NCBI GenBank assembly: GCA_900316885.1
Contig: ONEQ01000012.1
Location: forward strand, 2,490 to 66,489
Direction of reading: 5' to 3'
DNA: 64,000 nt
Origin: an uncultured Eubacteriales bacterium
GTDB taxonomy: Bacteria; Bacillota; Clostridia; Oscillospirales; Ruminococcaceae
The translations under genes were made by a program, and so were the position numbers. Positions within the stretch are counted from its first letter, which is position 1, and every line of letters begins with the position of its first letter. The notes beneath the pieces are model-generated. The model saw nothing but the letters and a program-made list of their open reading frames with translations, was not told the origin of the DNA and searched no databases. Shown here piece by piece: positions 62,678 to 64,000 of this stretch.

Positions 62678-64000
62678 ATGCCGTTTCGGTTATATCAGAA
62701 TGAGCTGTATGTTGCGGCGCTTATCCTGTGCATCACGAATCTGCTGTTCACGTTCTTGCAACGCAGAACGGACAAGATGCACAACAAGCTGTATATCCTG
62801 ATGAACATAGTCATCGCCGCGAATGCGTTCTCGGTGGTGCTGTCGTCGTTTGTCTGGGAATACAAGCTCACGTCAGAGGCGGCATTTGCAGCGGAGCGTT
62901 TCTCGCAGTTCTCCTATTTCCTGATCCATCTGGGACTCGGTCCCATGTTCGCGTTCTATGTGCTCTATGCATCGGGCATGGAGCGGCGTGTCTCCATGCC
63001 TGTACAGATCGCCTGGGGAGCGCCGTTCGTGATCGCGGAGCTGATGCTTATCACCAACCCCTTCACGCGATGGATGTACTACTTTGACGCCAAACGCGAT
63101 TTCCAGCGCAACTGGGGCGAATATCTGGTCTATGCGTGCTGTATTGTCTACTTCGTGTACAGCTTCATCACGCTGATTTTCTCCTGGAAGTCCCTGACGT
63201 GGAAAAAGCGTGTGGCGCTGGGATTTTTCTTCGTGGTTGTTGCCGCAGGCGTGCTGATCCAGATGCTGTACTACGAGCTCCCCGTGGAGCTGTTTGCCGA
63301 GGCGCTGGGCATGATGGGCGTCATGATCGCGATTGAAGCCGAGGATGACCGCATCGACAGTGATACCGGCTTCTACAACCGCCGTGCGCTCCAGACGGAC
63401 ATTGCGGCGTATCTGACCAACCGCAAGCGCTTTTCCGTGATCTGCATCAAGGTCACGAATGCGGAGATCATCCAGCGTGCGACCGGTTCGCAGAACACGG
63501 ATATTCTGTCGCAGATCCTGTCCGATTACCTGAAATCCGTCGTCAAGCGCTATTACATCTACAACGCGACCGCGGAGTCCTTTATCCTGACGATGATGGA
63601 GCAGCAGGAGGCGGACATCAAGCCGCTGGCGGAGGAGATCAGCGCCCGCTTCGAGCAGCCGTTCCGGTTCAACGAGATGGACATTCCGCTGACTGCCGTC
63701 GTGATTACGGCGGATGTGCCGGCGAGGCTGCACACGGCGAATGACGTGCTGGCGATGGCAGATTACCCCGTGCCCAAGAAGATCACCCGCAAGGTGCTCT
63801 GCGGCGAGGATCTGGACTACCTGCTGCGGCGTGTTGCCGTGGAGGAAGCCGTATCCCGCGGACTCAAGGAGCACTCCTTTGAGGTCTACTACCAGCCGAC
63901 CTATCACATCGACGGCAGGCTGCACGGCGCAGAGGCGCTCATCCGTCTGCATGACCCGGTGATCGGCAGCGTGTTCCCGGATGAATTCATTCCCGTCGCG
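62678..64000 (+). CDS. Membrane sensor with degenerate GGDEF and EAL domains; 5' part only, runs off the window
   Basis: Not in the ORF track because there is no stop in the window. ATG 62678 follows GGGGGGAG. 441 codons are open to base 64000. About 6 TM helices. DSDTGFYNRRAL marks the GGDEF-domain start, with no GG(D/E)EF motif seen. EVYYQPTYHIDGRLHGAEALIRLHDPVIGSVFPDEFIPVA marks the EAL-domain start. Confidence 0.8.
   Translation, partial: MPFRLYQNELYVAALILCITNLLFTFLQRRTDKMHNKLYILMNIVIAANAFSVVLSSFVWEYKLTSEAAFAAERFSQFSYFLIHLGLGPMFAFYVLYASGMERRVSMPVQIAWGAPFVIAELMLITNPFTRWMYYFDAKRDFQRNWGEYLVYACCIVYFVYSFITLIFSWKSLTWKKRVALGFFFVVVAAGVLIQMLYYELPVELFAEALGMMGVMIAIEAEDDRIDSDTGFYNRRALQTDIAAYLTNRKRFSVICIKVTNAEIIQRATGSQNTDILSQILSDYLKSVVKRYYIYNATAESFILTMMEQQEADIKPLAEEISARFEQPFRFNEMDIPLTAVVITADVPARLHTANDVLAMADYPVPKKITRKVLCGEDLDYLLRRVAVEEAVSRGLKEHSFEVYYQPTYHIDGRLHGAEALIRLHDPVIGSVFPDEFIPVA

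Noticed and set aside
62873-63952. 359-aa minus-strand ORF
   Set aside because: It is antisense to the open-ended GGDEF/EAL CDS, which has an RBS, TM helices and recognisable domain-start motifs.

Overview
About 55-60% GC chromosomal segment of a Clostridia-type organism. A dockerin-bearing GH9 cellulase, a spoIIAA-spoIIAB-sigF operon and a FabK-type fatty-acid cluster suggest a cellulosome-producing, spore-forming Ruminococcus/Oscillospiraceae-like bacterium; this taxonomy is inference only. Gene order: (1) type IV pilus locus, 1-9935, with a PilO-like gene, a 1065-aa PilX-N-like giant pseudopilin, two prepilin-type proteins, pilD, pilB and pilT. (2) Minus-strand fatty-acid block, 10139-19332: fabH-acpP-fabK-fabD-fabG-fabF-fabZ-accD-accA plus an acyl-CoA synthetase, with no accB or accC. 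(3) ECF sigma, anti-sigma and CobO-type adenosyltransferase. (4) tRNA-Arg(ACG) and hpf. (5) FHA, FtsW/RodA and class B PBP. (6) HD protein, a Nudix-MutY fusion, a second Nudix gene and a CPBP protease. (7) spoIIAA-spoIIAB-sigF. (8) VTC-domain and DUF4956 pair. (9) An AT-rich ~1.3 kb islet with two zinc-ribbon proteins. (10) gdhA, a small alarmone synthetase and an acidic-repeat membrane protein. (11) A five-gene MoxR-type AAA+ / DUF5682 / vWA / SWIM / DUF4132 operon, 39130-49046. It resembles E. coli yehLMPQ plus yehI/molR, has no known function, and its DUF4132 gene is frameshifted; this is the best candidate for an undescribed system. (12) GH9-CBM3-dockerin cellulase, a GH13 pullulanase, a sortase-type surface protein, a WYL regulator, a Wzm/Wzt-type ABC exporter with a two-domain glycosyltransferase, and an open-ended GGDEF/EAL gene missing from the ORF track. 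A family of GC-rich multi-hairpin repeats (core GCAGGGGGC-TGC-GCCCCCTGC and CCCCCTCCCC-loop-GGGGAGGGGG) populates intergenic regions. It occurs as single modules, an ~87-bp tandem triplet and a 23-bp x9 tandem array, and it generates many spurious ORFs. Most long ORFs antisense to the genes above are mirror-frame artefacts of high GC.
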